DNA of 64,000 nucleotides from Gammaproteobacteria bacterium (lineage in GTDB: Bacteria > Pseudomonadota > Gammaproteobacteria > QZLD01). The DNA lies in the NCBI GenBank assembly GCA_033852135.1, contig JAWSVB010000010.1, positions 152,716 to 216,715 on the forward strand, written 5' to 3'. Made by a program: the position numbers and the translations under genes. The notes under the pieces are model-generated. The model did not search any database and was not told where the DNA came from. It was given only the letters and a program-made list of their open reading frames with translations. Within the stretch, counting starts at the first letter, position 1, and every line of letters starts with the position of its first letter. Below, piece by piece: positions 10,865-27,548 of this stretch.

Positions 10865-12163
10865 ATGTTAGATATCACCAGGCTCACTTCATCAGATAAA
10901 GAATTTTGGAAACAGCTAAAAGAGCTACTAGCATGGGACGAAACTGCAGATGCTAGTGTAGAGCAGGTAGTTAAGGATGTGTTATCTAATGTTAAGCATA
11001 ATGGTGATACAGCAGTTCTTGAATACACTAAAAAGTTTGACCGTTTAGATTGTGAGAATATTGAGCAATTAACAATTGGCAAAGATCGCCTGAAGCAGGC
11101 ATATGACTCTATCTCTATTGAACATCGTGAGACAATGGAAAAGTCAGCACAACGTATCCGTGCTTATGCTAAACATCAAAAAATGGAATCATGGAGTTAT
11201 ACTGAGGAAGATGGCACATTACTTGGTCAAAAAGTAACGCCATTGGATAAGGTTGGGTTATATGTTCCTGGTGGTCTTGCAGCTTATCCATCATCCGTAT
11301 TTATGAACGCTATTCCTGCGAAAATCGCAGGTGTTCCAGAAGTGGTGATGGTAGTTCCTACTCCTGATGGTGTCATTAACGAGATGGTTTTAGCGGCGGC
11401 CTATATTGCTGAAGTAGATAAAGTATTTTCAATTGGTGGTGCGCAGGCTGTAGCAGCGTTAGCATATGGGACAGAAACTATTCCAGCAGTTGATAAAATT
11501 GTCGGTCCAGGAAATATATACGTAGCCACTGCAAAACGTATGGTTTTTGGCATTGTTGGTATCGATATGATTGCCGGTCCATCTGAAATACTTGTTATTT
11601 GCGATGGTAAAACTGATCCAGACTGGATAGCGATGGACTTGTTCTCACAGGCAGAGCATGATGAAATTGCGCAATCAATCCTTATTTCACAAGATGAAGA
11701 TTTTCTTAAAAAAGTTGAAGAATCAATTCTAAAGCTGATGCCAACTATGGAACGTGAATCCATCATTAAAACATCAATTGCTGGGCGCGGCGGGTTGGTT
11801 TTAGTGAAAGATCTGGATGAAGCAGCTGAGGTAGCAAACTATATTGCTCCAGAGCACTTGGAGCTGTCAATTCAAAATCCACAAGACTATGTTGAAAAAA
11901 TTAGACATGCTGGAGCTATTTTCATGGGGCGATATACCTCAGAAGCTCTTGGTGATTACTGTGCCGGACCAAATCACGTATTACCAACTTCAAGAACAGC
12001 ACGTTTTTCTTCACCGTTAGGAGTTTATGACTTCCAAAAGCGGACGAGCTTGATTAATTGCTCTGAAGAAGGCGCAGCTAATCTATCGAAAATAGCGTCG
12101 GTATTTGCTAGGGGCGAAGGGTTAACAGCTCATGCTCGTTCTGCTGAATATAGGCTTAAGTGA
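10865..12163 (+). CDS. hisD: histidinol dehydrogenase HisD
   Basis: 432 aa with conserved regions ([19 protein letters not shown]). Confidence 0.93.
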   Translation: MLDITRLTSSDKEFWKQLKELLAWDETADASVEQVVKDVLSNVKHNGDTAVLEYTKKFDRLDCENIEQLTIGKDRLKQAYDSISIEHRETMEKSAQRIRAYAKHQKMESWSYTEEDGTLLGQKVTPLDKVGLYVPGGLAAYPSSVFMNAIPAKIAGVPEVVMVVPTPDGVINEMVLAAAYIAEVDKVFSIGGAQAVAALAYGTETIPAVDKIVGPGNIYVATAKRMVFGIVGIDMIAGPSEILVICDGKTDPDWIAMDLFSQAEHDEIAQSILISQDEDFLKKVEESILKLMPTMERESIIKTSIAGRGGLVLVKDLDEAAEVANYIAPEHLELSIQNPQDYVEKIRHAGAIFMGRYTSEALGDYCAGPNHVLPTSRTARFSSPLGVYDFQKRTSLINCSEEGAANLSKIASVFARGEGLTAHARSAEYRLK

Positions 12164-12271
12164 TTTTAAGATACCTGAACCCTTCGACTCAGCTTAAAAT
12201 AAACCAAGGCAGAAGGGCGTTAAAAAATAATGTTATAACAAGGTGGTTTCTACTGCACATAATCAACTTGT

Positions 12272-13378
12272 TTGGTTAGGAAACAAATGAAAATAGCATC
12301 CGAGTACGTAGATCGATTAGTAAGGCAAGAGATTAGAGATTTAACTGCATATCATGTAGCTGACCCTGGTGAAATGATAAAACTTGATGCGATGGAAAAC
12401 CCATACCAGCTTCCAGCAGAAGTAACTCAAGAGTGTGCAAACAGGCTCAAACAAGCATCACTAAATAGATACCCAGATCCAAATGCTATTAAGTTAAAAC
12501 AACGCATTATGGATGCGATGTCGATACCATCTGATTTGGGTTTGATCTTAGGTAATGGTTCTGATGAATTGATTTTGATGCTGATGATGGCGCTGGCAGG
12601 AAGTGGTAGACCAGTGCTTTCAATTTCACCAAGTTTTGTGATGTATAAAATATCTGCGATATCTATTGGGATGCCATATGTTGATGTGCCATTGCAGAGT
12701 GATTTTAGCCTTGATATGCAAGCAACGTTGGCAGCGATAGATGAGCATAACCCTGCATTGATCTTTCTTGCTCATCCAAATAACCCAACCGGTAATAGGT
12801 TTTCTCAAAAAGATATTGAAAAGATAATTGAGTATACCGATGGCCTAGTTGTTGTTGATGAAGCTTACCAGCCGTTTTCTGACTATAGCTTTACACAAGA
12901 CATCTCTAAATATCCAAATGCAGTACTTATTAGTACAGTATCAAAGATGGGTTTAGCTGGCCTTAGATTAGGGATGCTTATAGGCAAGCCAGAGTGGGTT
13001 GATGAACTAGAAAAAGTGCGTTTGCCATATAATATAAATATATTAACGCAGGTTGTTGCAGAGTATGCTCTTGAACATAAGCACCTTTTTGATAAGCAAA
13101 CACAGGCAATTATTGCAGATAGAGAAGAGCTGTTTCAGCAGCTGCAGCAGATTGAGGGTATAGAACCTTTCCCCAGCCAAGCTAATTTCATATTAATTAA
13201 ATTAGCTTCTGCCGATGCAAATCAAGTATTTCAGCAATTAAAAGAGCAAGGGATTTTAATAAAGAACTTGCATCCAAGCGGTGGTTTATTAACGAATTGT
13301 TTGCGAGTAACAGTTGGTTCTCAAAGTGAGAATAGTTCGTTTATTTCAGCATTAAAAGAGATAGTAGAAAAAGGATAG
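12272..13378 (+). CDS. hisC: histidinol-phosphate aminotransferase HisC
   Basis: 368 aa class-II aminotransferase with the PLP lysine region (VSKMGLAGLRLG). The start may be the internal ATG at 12287. Confidence 0.88.
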   Translation: MVRKQMKIASEYVDRLVRQEIRDLTAYHVADPGEMIKLDAMENPYQLPAEVTQECANRLKQASLNRYPDPNAIKLKQRIMDAMSIPSDLGLILGNGSDELILMLMMALAGSGRPVLSISPSFVMYKISAISIGMPYVDVPLQSDFSLDMQATLAAIDEHNPALIFLAHPNNPTGNRFSQKDIEKIIEYTDGLVVVDEAYQPFSDYSFTQDISKYPNAVLISTVSKMGLAGLRLGMLIGKPEWVDELEKVRLPYNINILTQVVAEYALEHKHLFDKQTQAIIADREELFQQLQQIEGIEPFPSQANFILIKLASADANQVFQQLKEQGILIKNLHPSGGLLTNCLRVTVGSQSENSSFISALKEIVEKG

Positions 13379-13380
13379 CA

Positions 13381-13812
13381 ATGAAATTTATAGATCATGT
13401 AAATATTGTAGTTAATGATCTTGATGCTGTACGTGATTTTTTTCTTCTATTTGGTTTTGAAGAGCGAGATAGCTCAGAGTTGGAAGGGGAGTGGATCTCC
13501 AAAATAGTTGGTTTGGATGATGTGCACGCAAAATACTCGATGCTTTGTCTGCCAGAAGGGCAAACAAATATTGAATTAATAAAATATTTTACTCCGCAAT
13601 CCCCTGAGAACAAACAACAAGAAAAAGCTAATCAATACGGATTACGCCATATTGCATTTGTAGTGGACGATATTGAACAACAGATTGAAAAACTAAAAGG
13701 GATTGGAATAGATTGTTTTAATGATGTTCAAACTTATGCAAAAAATGGTAAGCGATTGGTTTATTTCTACGGTCCAGAGGGAATAATTCTCGAATTAGCC
13801 CAATATCCATAA
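13381..13812 (+). CDS. VOC/glyoxalase-bleomycin-resistance family protein
   Basis: 143 aa with a betaalphabetabetabeta module (HVNIVVNDLDAVRDFF...HIAFVVDD). Confidence 0.7.
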   Translation: MKFIDHVNIVVNDLDAVRDFFLLFGFEERDSSELEGEWISKIVGLDDVHAKYSMLCLPEGQTNIELIKYFTPQSPENKQQEKANQYGLRHIAFVVDDIEQQIEKLKGIGIDCFNDVQTYAKNGKRLVYFYGPEGIILELAQYP

Positions 13813-14085
13813 TTATATTAAGTGTAAATTATGCGCTTTGATATGGTCGTTAGAATCGTGCTCCATGCGGTATCTGTTAGACTTTAGTTAATAAATAACT
13901 AGTCCATTATCTAAAGATTGTTCATAGAAAAGAATGTTAAAAATTGATGAAATATAAAGAAAAATACCGTATTATCGGCAATATAATAATTTCAACAAGA
14001 ATTAACTAAGATAATCCAAAATACTTTGGATCTATTGCTATTATTAAATATGAGTCAGGAATATAGCCTGGTTGTCTAGAGTGAG

Positions 14086-14706
14086 GTGGTGAACAAAATG
14101 GCACGTGTAAGAGCCCCAGAACAAACACGCAAAAATATAATTCAGGCTGCATTTGAAGAGATACATATGTATGGGTATCAGGGGTGTAGTTTGGAGCGTA
14201 TTTTAAAAAAAGCAAAAGTAACCAAGGGCGCACTTTACCACCATTTTACCAATAAGGCCGCACTCGGTATTGCCGTACTTGATGAGGTCATAGAAACCTT
14301 CTTATACAAACAGTGGGGGCCATCACTTGAAAATCAAGATGACCCAATATCATGTATGATTGATAGAATTTGGGAAATGGTAGACCAAAGGGTATCAGAG
14401 AACTTCCCTGTTTTAGGGTTGCCACTTGGAAACTTTGTGCAAGAGATGGCTCCTCTTGATAAAACATTCCTTCTACGAATAAGAAAATTGTTTGAACTAT
14501 GGAAAGAGCTAATTGCAAATGCGATTAGACATGGGCAGGAGATGGGAACAGTAAGGAAAGATATTGACCCAGAGCAGAGTGCATTGTTTCTAGTTTCCGC
14601 ATTTGAAGGTGTTACCTCAATAGTTCGTGCAGCACAAACTAAAGATATGCTAGAGAAAACATCAAAGGCCTTAATCGTATATTTAGAAACTTTAAAATCA
14701 CAGTAA
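14086..14706 (+). CDS. TetR/AcrR family transcriptional regulator
   Basis: N-terminal HTH (GYQGCSLERILKKAKVTKGALYHHF). The true start is probably MARVRA at 14098. Confidence 0.85.
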   Translation: MVNKMARVRAPEQTRKNIIQAAFEEIHMYGYQGCSLERILKKAKVTKGALYHHFTNKAALGIAVLDEVIETFLYKQWGPSLENQDDPISCMIDRIWEMVDQRVSENFPVLGLPLGNFVQEMAPLDKTFLLRIRKLFELWKELIANAIRHGQEMGTVRKDIDPEQSALFLVSAFEGVTSIVRAAQTKDMLEKTSKALIVYLETLKSQ

Positions 14707-14845
14707 TCTTATCTATTAACAAATACCCAAAAGCCTCCACCAAGCTGGGGGCTTTTTCTATTTCTACGATATACAATTTTATGGGGTAGATCATTCAGGT
14801 TAAAATCTCTATTATTATGTACTAGGGAAATCAAAAGGATAACCG

Positions 14846-15979
14846 ATGAATAGATGGATCTCATTTGCAATTTTTATTACGGCGGTATTAGCTGTATATA
14901 GTTTGTTGAATTATTATTTTATTCATAAACATAGAAACATCCTTACCCTAAAAACTACTCCAGCACTACTTTTACGCCTTGTATTAATTACATTGATTTT
15001 AACCCCTATAGCCACAATTATTTTTAGTAGGTATGACCAGCCAGCTATTGCAGCAATAACCGGATTCGCAGGTTACAGTTGGTTAGCATTTTTGGGACTG
15101 TTCCTCGGGATTCATGGTGTGGCAGATATCTCCTTATTTACCGCGGAGAGATTTGGAGTTAAGGCCAGTGAACAATTTACACGGTTAATATCAATTACCA
15201 CTCTGCTGCTTTGCATATCAATTCTGGTTTATGGAAGTTTTGAAGCCAAAGATATCCAGGTAGAAAATATATCGATCCAAACGGACAAAATAGCACCGAA
15301 TAAAAAGATAAAGATAATGCAGATCTCTGATGTGCATTTTAGCCCATTGATTGGAGTATCAATGGCTGAGAAAATTAATAAAATTGCAGAAAATAACAAT
15401 CCAGATTTATTGGTTTCAACTGGCGATTTGCTAGATCCAGGAATAATAGACCGTAATAAGATCGTGGCCATATTAAATAACATCAAACCAAGGCTAGGTA
15501 AACTAGCCGTTATGGGGAACCATGAGTTTTACTCAACCGTAGAATACAGTGAAAACTTCATCGCTGAAGCTGGCTTTGCTTTATTGCGAGATAGAACAAT
15601 AGAGGTTGGTGAAGATTTAATAGTCGGGGGTGTTGATGACCCCGCTATAAGACGAGTTAAAGAGGCAGTTCCTCCTCCTGTCAAAGGGTTTATGAATCGC
15701 AAGACGCAGGATAGGTATACCATTTTACTAAAACATCAGCCACATATAGAGAAAGGAAGTGAAGAGTTTTTTGATCTACAACTTTCAGGTCACACCCATG
15801 CAGGGCAGATCTACCCGTTTTACTATTTTGTGAAAATGTTATTTCCGAGGATGGAAGGTAGATTTGAACTGGAGAAAAATTCAATTCTTTATGTAAATCG
15901 CGGTGCTGGTACCTGGGGGCCTCCGTTTAGATTCCTAGCTCAACCTGAGATAACTATTCTTGAGATAATTGGTAAATAG
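14846..15979 (+). CDS. membrane-anchored calcineurin-like metallophosphoesterase
   Basis: Four N-terminal TM helices are followed by metallophosphatase motifs (ISDVHF, GDLLD, GNHE, GHTHAGQ). Confidence 0.8.
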   Translation: MNRWISFAIFITAVLAVYSLLNYYFIHKHRNILTLKTTPALLLRLVLITLILTPIATIIFSRYDQPAIAAITGFAGYSWLAFLGLFLGIHGVADISLFTAERFGVKASEQFTRLISITTLLLCISILVYGSFEAKDIQVENISIQTDKIAPNKKIKIMQISDVHFSPLIGVSMAEKINKIAENNNPDLLVSTGDLLDPGIIDRNKIVAILNNIKPRLGKLAVMGNHEFYSTVEYSENFIAEAGFALLRDRTIEVGEDLIVGGVDDPAIRRVKEAVPPPVKGFMNRKTQDRYTILLKHQPHIEKGSEEFFDLQLSGHTHAGQIYPFYYFVKMLFPRMEGRFELEKNSILYVNRGAGTWGPPFRFLAQPEITILEIIGK

Positions 15980-16112
15980 CCCATAAGCTATAAAATATGG
16001 ATTATTTCATGCATTTAATAAGTTTAATTGCATGATAGTTATACATATTGCGGAAACTTTTTGCATTGCAGCTAGATTGTGTAGAAACCCACTTGCCTAA
16101 TCGTCTAGGTGG

Positions 16113-19100
16113 TTGTATCTTAGGCCCATGCGATTAAATAAGATCAAAGTCTCAGGATTTAAGTCCTTCGTTGATCCAACCACCGTTTCAATGCCGAGTA
16201 ATCTGGTTGGAGTCGTAGGGCCAAATGGATGTGGCAAATCAAATACTATTGATGCCGTGCGCTGGGTAATGGGTGAAAGCTCAGCTAAATACCTGCGTGG
16301 CGCATCCATGACCGATGTTATTTTTAATGGATCAAGCACCAGGAAACCAGTTGGTCAGGCTAGTGTTGAACTGGTATTTGATAATGCTGATAAGTCGGCC
16401 GGTGGCCAATTCTCTGCCTATAATGAGATATCTGTGCGTCGCGTGATGGCGCGTGATGGTCAATCAAATTATTATCTCAACGGTTCAAAATGTCGTAAAA
16501 AAGATGTAACAGACCTATTTTTAGGAACTGGTCTAGGACCAAGAAGTTACGCTATTATCGAGCAGGGGATGATATCCCGCATTATCGATGCCAAACCTGA
16601 AGAGATGCGGGTTTATATTGAAGAAGCTGCTGGCATCTCAAAGTATAAAGACCGCAGAAGAGAGACAGAAAATCGCCTGAAGCATACCCGAGAGAACCTG
16701 GAGCGACTAACCGACCTGCGTGAAGAGATTGGCAATCAGCTGGAAAAATTGAAGCGCCAAGCTAAAGTTGCCGAGCGTTATAAAAACTATAAACAGGAAG
16801 AGAGATTAGCTAAATCACAGTTGATAGTGGTCAAACTGCGTACCCTGCAAAGTGAAAAAATACAGGTTGAGAAACAGATTGAGACGCAGAACACCGCTTT
16901 TCAAGCACGCTTATCTGAACAACGTGCCGCAGAAAATAGAATCGAAACCACCCGCGAACAATACATAAAACAAACTGAGTCCTTTAACGAGATTCAGGGT
17001 AAGTTTTATAGCCTTGGGAGTGAGATTGCTAAAACTGAACAAACAATTCAGCATCACAAAGGGTTAAAATCAAGGCAACAGGAAGAGCTACAACAGATTA
17101 GCGAAAACCTTACCTCTATTACTGAGCAGATCCAGATAGATACCCAAAGAGGTGAAGATGTCGCTGAGAGACTATGTGATCTTGAGCCGCAGTTGGAAGA
17201 GTCTCGTTATAAAGATGAAGAGCTACAAGAGCTGCTTGATACTGTTAATGAGCAGTGGCAGAATTGGCAAGATGACTGGGAAGAGTTTAATCGCAAGTCT
17301 ACAGAGCCAGTCCAGCTTGCGCAGGTAGAACGTGCCAAAATTGACCAGTTGGAAAAGCAGCATGCCCAACTAAATCAACGTATTGATAGAATTCAGCAAG
17401 AGCAGCAAAATCTATCTACAGATGAATTGCGTCAAGAGGTGGAAGAGTTAGTTGAGCAAGAGTTAATTTTCAATGAAAAAACAGATGAACTAAAGCTAAA
17501 ACTTGAAGACTCTGTTGAGATAATTAATCAGCGTCGTAGTAAAAATCGTGAAACCTCTCAAGAGTTGGAAGTTGTTAAAAATTCATTGCAGCAGAAGCAG
17601 GGCACTCTAACCTCGCTTGAAGTGCTGCAGCAAGAAGCTTTAGGTAAAGGCAAAAAAGGTAGGCTAAATGATTGGCTTATTGAAAAGCAGATCGATTCAG
17701 TATCACGCCTTGCGGAAAATATCTCGGTAACTAACGGTTGGGAAAAAGCGGTAGAAGTTGCTTTGGGTAGGAATATTGAAGCTTTATGTCTAGATAATAT
17801 AGACCAGATTGCAGCATCAATTTCACAAATTCCAGATGGAACACTCACGTTAATTGATAATCAAAAAAGGTCAGAATTGGTAAAGCGTGCTGATCTTACT
17901 TCAATCACAAATTACATAGCGTCGCCCTGGTCATTGGATGACTTAGTTGGAAATATCTATGCAGTTGCAACGGTAGAGCAAGCTATCGAGTTGCAATCAG
18001 GTCTTGATACAGCAGAAATAATTATCACCAAAGATGGTGTGGTTTTTGGAAAAGGGTGGGTTAACTACTGTGCAGATAAAGATAGTAGTAGCGGAGTGTT
18101 AGCTCGCGAGCAAGAGATAAAATCTTTGCGTGAAACCATCAAGGGTGAAGAAGATATCAGAGAGCAGTTGAGCCTATCTTTAGAAGAGGGAAGGCAGCAG
18201 CTGGCAGAGCAGGAGACTCAAAAAGAGGAGCTGCAGCGTGGTATCAATACGCAGCACCGTGAAGCAGGTAATATTGCTGCTAAGCTAAGCGGCAAGAGGA
18301 TGCGTTTAGAGCAGATTGAAGAGCGTATCGCTCGTATTGAAAAAGAGTTTTCCGAGATTCAAGAGCAAACTACCCAGATTGAAGAGGAGATGGAGATCTC
18401 CCGTAGCAAACTGCATGATGCCCTTGCGATAGCTGAAGAGTTAAATCAGCAGCGCGAAACCAAGTCTCGGCAGCGTGATGAGATTCAGCAACGCCTTAAG
18501 GAGATTCAGGAGCAGGTTCGCAGCTGTAAAGATCAAGCGCATAAGTTCGCTTTAGAGCAGCAGTCTCTAAATATGTCTAAAAGCTCGATCCAGCAGAATA
18601 TCGAGAGGATGCAACAGCAGTTGCAACAATTGCAGCAGAAAAAATCTCAGATAGATGAATCTCTATTAGTGTTAGATGACCCGGATGGTGACCTGCAAGA
18701 AAAGCTAGAAGAGCTGCTGCACGATAGACTTTTGGTAGAGGACTCCCTAACTGAATCACGCCAAAAGACCGGAGATATCGAGCAGCAGATTCGTGATGTT
18801 GAGCATGCACGAAATACGGCAGAGCAGCAAGTGCAGCAAGTACGGGAAAAACTAGAAGCACTACGCCTTAAACATCAAGAGATAACGGTGCACTTTAATA
18901 CCTTCGATGAGCAGATGCATGAAACCGGGCAGTTGTTTGATGAAGTAGATAAAGAGCTGCCGCAAGAAGCAACCGAGCAAGAGTGGAAAGATAAGGTAGA
19001 GCAAATTTCGGTTAAGATTCATCGGTTAGGCTCGATTAACCTAGCTGCAATCGATGAATACAAAGAGCAGTCAGAGCGTAAAACCTACCTAGATAATCAG

Positions 19101-19640
19101 AATGATGATTTGGAATCAGCATTAGCTACGCTGGAAAATGCGATTAAAAAAATCGATAGAGAAACCCGTACCAGATTTAAAGAGACCTTTGATAAAGTAA
19201 ACACAGGTTTGCAGGCAATGTTTCCGCGCTTGTTTGGTGGTGGTCATGCGTACCTAGAGCTTACAGGTGCAGACTTGTTGGATACTGGGGTGTCAATTAT
19301 GGCAAGACCTCCAGGCAAGAAAATATCCAGCATCCAGCTAATGTCTGGTGGGGAGAAGGCGCTTACAGCAGTTGCCTTAGTATTCTCTATCTTTGAGCTT
19401 AACCCTGCGCCATTTTGTATGTTGGATGAGGTTGATGCACCACTGGATGAGGCTAACGTCGGGCGTTTTGGAAAACTGGTGAAAGAGATGTCAGATCGCG
19501 TACAGTTTATTTTTATAACGCACAACAAATCTACAATGGAAATTTCCACCCACTTAATGGGTGTAACCATGCACGAGCCAGGAGTTTCTAGAGTAGTGTC
19601 TGTAGATGTAGATGAAGCAGTTGAGATGGTAGCGGTTTAG
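16113..19640 (+). CDS. smc: chromosome segregation protein SMC
   Basis: 1175 aa. It has an N-terminal Walker A (GPNGCGKSN), long coiled coils, a hinge, and a C-terminal signature LSGGEKALTAVALVFSIF plus Walker B (MLDEVDAPLD). Confidence 0.95.
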   Translation: MYLRPMRLNKIKVSGFKSFVDPTTVSMPSNLVGVVGPNGCGKSNTIDAVRWVMGESSAKYLRGASMTDVIFNGSSTRKPVGQASVELVFDNADKSAGGQFSAYNEISVRRVMARDGQSNYYLNGSKCRKKDVTDLFLGTGLGPRSYAIIEQGMISRIIDAKPEEMRVYIEEAAGISKYKDRRRETENRLKHTRENLERLTDLREEIGNQLEKLKRQAKVAERYKNYKQEERLAKSQLIVVKLRTLQSEKIQVEKQIETQNTAFQARLSEQRAAENRIETTREQYIKQTESFNEIQGKFYSLGSEIAKTEQTIQHHKGLKSRQQEELQQISENLTSITEQIQIDTQRGEDVAERLCDLEPQLEESRYKDEELQELLDTVNEQWQNWQDDWEEFNRKSTEPVQLAQVERAKIDQLEKQHAQLNQRIDRIQQEQQNLSTDELRQEVEELVEQELIFNEKTDELKLKLEDSVEIINQRRSKNRETSQELEVVKNSLQQKQGTLTSLEVLQQEALGKGKKGRLNDWLIEKQIDSVSRLAENISVTNGWEKAVEVALGRNIEALCLDNIDQIAASISQIPDGTLTLIDNQKRSELVKRADLTSITNYIASPWSLDDLVGNIYAVATVEQAIELQSGLDTAEIIITKDGVVFGKGWVNYCADKDSSSGVLAREQEIKSLRETIKGEEDIREQLSLSLEEGRQQLAEQETQKEELQRGINTQHREAGNIAAKLSGKRMRLEQIEERIARIEKEFSEIQEQTTQIEEEMEISRSKLHDALAIAEELNQQRETKSRQRDEIQQRLKEIQEQVRSCKDQAHKFALEQQSLNMSKSSIQQNIERMQQQLQQLQQKKSQIDESLLVLDDPDGDLQEKLEELLHDRLLVEDSLTESRQKTGDIEQQIRDVEHARNTAEQQVQQVREKLEALRLKHQEITVHFNTFDEQMHETGQLFDEVDKELPQEATEQEWKDKVEQISVKIHRLGSINLAAIDEYKEQSERKTYLDNQNDDLESALATLENAIKKIDRETRTRFKETFDKVNTGLQAMFPRLFGGGHAYLELTGADLLDTGVSIMARPPGKKISSIQLMSGGEKALTAVALVFSIFELNPAPFCMLDEVDAPLDEANVGRFGKLVKEMSDRVQFIFITHNKSTMEISTHLMGVTMHEPGVSRVVSVDVDEAVEMVAV

Positions 19641-19664
19641 CAATGCTAGTGAGAGAGGATAAAA

Positions 19665-20567
19665 ATGTCAGAGCTTAGGTGGATATTATTAGGCACAGGT
19701 CTGGTTGTATTAGGGGTAATAATTCTTTGGGGAATGCGCGAGAAACTACTCACTGTTTTTAGTTCCGAAAATAAATCCCAGAAACGTAGCGAAAATTTTG
19801 ATTTAGACGGCAGTGGCCAAAATTTAGAAGATCAGTTGGTAAATGATATAGAGTCGCTAGCAATCTCTAAACCAGTTACAGAAAAGCTTGAACCAACTAT
19901 CATTCAAGATATAAATGATGTTGATATAGAAGATGATAAAGTGATCAATTTTGGTGAGCCAGTCTTTGTAAAAGAAGATAGCATTCGTCAAGAAGAGCTG
20001 TCGCAAAGTAAAATAAAAACCAATCCTAATAATCATGGTATGAAACCAGAAGCTGTAAATCTAAATGAGTTAGAACAGCAGAGTGCACAAAACCAAGGGG
20101 TTGAAGAGAAAGTTAAAGAGGTAGTTGAAGAGCAGCCCCAGCAACAAGACATCCAACAAGATAACCAAGTGATTGTACTCTATGTCAGATGTTCATCTGG
20201 AAAAATGATATCCGGTAAACAGCTGAAAGAATCATTAATCAATCAAGGTCTGGAATATGGTGATATGAAAATATTCCACCGTATGGCCGATGATAAAAAT
20301 GGAGTATCAACCCCGTTATTTGGTGTGGCAAATATGGTGGAACCAGGAACGTTTAATCTAGAGCAAATGGAGCAGGCAGACACACCAGGGGTAACAGTAT
20401 TTTTACAGTTACCAGCTGTTACAGGCAATCTCTCAGCTTTTAATAATATGTTTAAAACTTCAGTTGAGCTTGCAGAAAGTATCAATGGAGAATTGGTTAC
20501 CCAGAATAAAAACCCTGTAACGCCATCGTGGCTAGAACAGATGAGAAGTTTGCTTGCCGCAAGTTAG
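19665..20567 (+). CDS. zipA: cell division protein ZipA
   Basis: An N-terminal TM helix and a Q/E-rich linker precede a C-terminal FtsZ-binding domain. The smc-zipA-ligA synteny supports the call. Confidence 0.8.
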   Translation: MSELRWILLGTGLVVLGVIILWGMREKLLTVFSSENKSQKRSENFDLDGSGQNLEDQLVNDIESLAISKPVTEKLEPTIIQDINDVDIEDDKVINFGEPVFVKEDSIRQEELSQSKIKTNPNNHGMKPEAVNLNELEQQSAQNQGVEEKVKEVVEEQPQQQDIQQDNQVIVLYVRCSSGKMISGKQLKESLINQGLEYGDMKIFHRMADDKNGVSTPLFGVANMVEPGTFNLEQMEQADTPGVTVFLQLPAVTGNLSAFNNMFKTSVELAESINGELVTQNKNPVTPSWLEQMRSLLAAS

Positions 20568-20600
20568 ATTCCTAAACAAATATAATGTGATAATTTTTTT

Positions 20601-20627
20601 CGTAGGGTAGGCATTGCCTACCCTGCG
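20601..20627. repeat. REP-like palindrome cgtagggtaggca/tgcctaccctgcg (family 'GTAGGGTRGGC')
   Basis: An inverted repeat of about 12 bp with one mismatch. The same core motif recurs at 53057-53162. It may double as the zipA terminator. Confidence 0.5.
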
Positions 20628-20654
20628 AAAATCCTCAAAGAATTAACTGGATAA

Positions 20655-22676
<2,022 letters not shown>

Positions 22677-22783
22677 CTTTTTTGGGTTTGGGTTTGGGTT
22701 GTTTAGTCAAAAAATGAAATTTCTCTTTGGATGTGGAAATCGTGATTTAATATAAGTTATTGATTATTTGGTGAATTATATGT

Positions 22784-23287
22784 GTGCGTTATGGTACATA
22801 TCCTTGCATCTTGCTATTAATTTATGAGTTAATATCATTAGATATTATGCTGGTAACTTTACTCAGGAAGAGATTTAATATGACTAACCAGGTTCAAGAA
22901 AAATTGATATACGAAGGTAGCGAATACAGTATCCCTTTGTGTCTTCCATTTCCTAGTAATGACCCACGTATTAAGAAATTTGAAAATGGTAAATTTGATG
23001 ATAGCGAAGGGGTCTTTACCTCTACAATGTGTTGGCGTCAATATATAGGTACCTGGGAGATTAAAGCAGGGCGACTTTACCTAGTTAAATTAGAAGGTAA
23101 ATATCAGCTTGAAGTTGAAGAAGCAATATTTGCTGATTGGTATAACGGAGAGATAAGTTTGCCTCATGGTGAACTTCTAGATTGTAATGTTGAATTAGGG
23201 TTTCAACTCAAATATGAACAAGAGTTAATGATAAAAATTACCGATGGTGTTGTAACTGAAACCAAAGTTGTTGATTGTAATTGGTAA
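22784..23287 (+). CDS. hypothetical protein (start likely internal ATG near 22880)
   Basis: ORF only, with no recognisable motifs. A long AT-rich leader follows. Confidence 0.4.
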   Translation: MRYGTYPCILLLIYELISLDIMLVTLLRKRFNMTNQVQEKLIYEGSEYSIPLCLPFPSNDPRIKKFENGKFDDSEGVFTSTMCWRQYIGTWEIKAGRLYLVKLEGKYQLEVEEAIFADWYNGEISLPHGELLDCNVELGFQLKYEQELMIKITDGVVTETKVVDCNW

Positions 23288-23521
23288 ATGAAAACTCAAA
23301 AGCAATTGAAAACGGCTGCTCAGGGTTATCATTGTTCAATTAATAGTGAGATGATTTATCATTAGTAAATGTTGGTAATTGCTCTATTTGCGGCTGTAAA
23401 TTTATTGCTTTAGTACAAAATATTAATTGCAAGCTTGTTACTTTGGATAAAAAATTAGCCAAATTTTCGATTGTTAAATCCCCCATTTTTTGATACCTTT
23501 AACGCCCATCCAGAGGGCTAA

Positions 23522-25192
<1,671 letters not shown>

Positions 25193-25195
25193 ACA

Positions 25196-26035
25196 TTGAT
25201 GAATGTATGTGGATTTGAGATAGGTCTGGATAAGCCATTTTTTCTGATTGCTGGTCCTTGTGTGATTGAGTCTGAAAAACTTGCGCTAGAAACAGCTTCA
25301 GCTTTAAAAGATATTTGTACAGAGCTGGATATTCCGTTTATCTATAAATCATCTTTTGATAAAGCTAACCGCTCTTCAATATCAAGCTATCGCGGCCCAG
25401 GTGTAGAAGATGGGCTTAGAATTCTTGAAAAGGTGAGAGAGCAGGTGGGTGTACCTGTGCTTACCGATGTGCATGAAGATTCACCATTTAATGAAGTCGC
25501 AGATGTTGTAGACATGCTGCAGACACCTGCACTACTTGCACGTCAAACTACTTATATCCAAAACGTAGCTGCAACTGGAAAGCCAGTAAATATCAAAAAG
25601 GGGCAGTTTATGTCGCCTTGGGATATGAAGAACGTAGTAGATAAAGCACGCTCAACTGGAAACCAGCAGATAACTGTTTGTGAAAGGGGAGCTTCTTTCG
25701 GCTATAACAATTTGGTATCTGATATGCGTTCACTAGCAGTGATGCGTAACACTGATTGCCCAGTTGTATTTGATGCAACCCATTCAGTTCAATTGCCATC
25801 TGGTCAAGGTTCCGTATCAGGTGGGCAGCGTGAATTCGTACCTGTGCTAGCAAGAGCAGCCGTAGCAGCTGGGATTTCAGGATTGTTTATGGAGACCCAT
25901 CCAGATCCTGAAAAGGCTCTGTGTGATGGGGCTAATTCATGGCCAATTGGCGGGATGAAAGAGCTACTACAGACTTTAAAACAGATCGATACAGTAGTGA
26001 AGCAAAGCGGCTTCATTGAAAGTGATTTGCTTTAG
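25196..26035 (+). CDS. kdsA: 2-dehydro-3-deoxyphosphooctonate aldolase KdsA
   Basis: 279 aa of the DAHP synthase I family. It lies 3 bp after pyrG. Confidence 0.9.
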   Translation: MMNVCGFEIGLDKPFFLIAGPCVIESEKLALETASALKDICTELDIPFIYKSSFDKANRSSISSYRGPGVEDGLRILEKVREQVGVPVLTDVHEDSPFNEVADVVDMLQTPALLARQTTYIQNVAATGKPVNIKKGQFMSPWDMKNVVDKARSTGNQQITVCERGASFGYNNLVSDMRSLAVMRNTDCPVVFDATHSVQLPSGQGSVSGGQREFVPVLARAAVAAGISGLFMETHPDPEKALCDGANSWPIGGMKELLQTLKQIDTVVKQSGFIESDLL

Positions 26036-26068
26036 ATAAAATTAGATCAATATGGTCAGACTATTTGA

Positions 26069-27460
<1,392 letters not shown>

Positions 27461-27516
27461 AAAATAAAAAGTCACTCCCAAATTAGATGGGAATCTTTTT
27501 GATGTAAAATCCATAA

Positions 27517-27548
27517 GGTCCCCGCTTTTGCGGGGATGACTTTATATG
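27517..27548 (+). terminator. rho-independent terminator after eno
   Basis: The hairpin tccccgc-tttt-gcgggga is followed by a T-rich tail. Confidence 0.55.

Noticed and set aside
22677-22700. tgggtt x3 mini-repeat after ligA as possible terminator
   Set aside because: There is no stem-loop, only a short T/G-rich tract. Evidence is insufficient to call a terminator.
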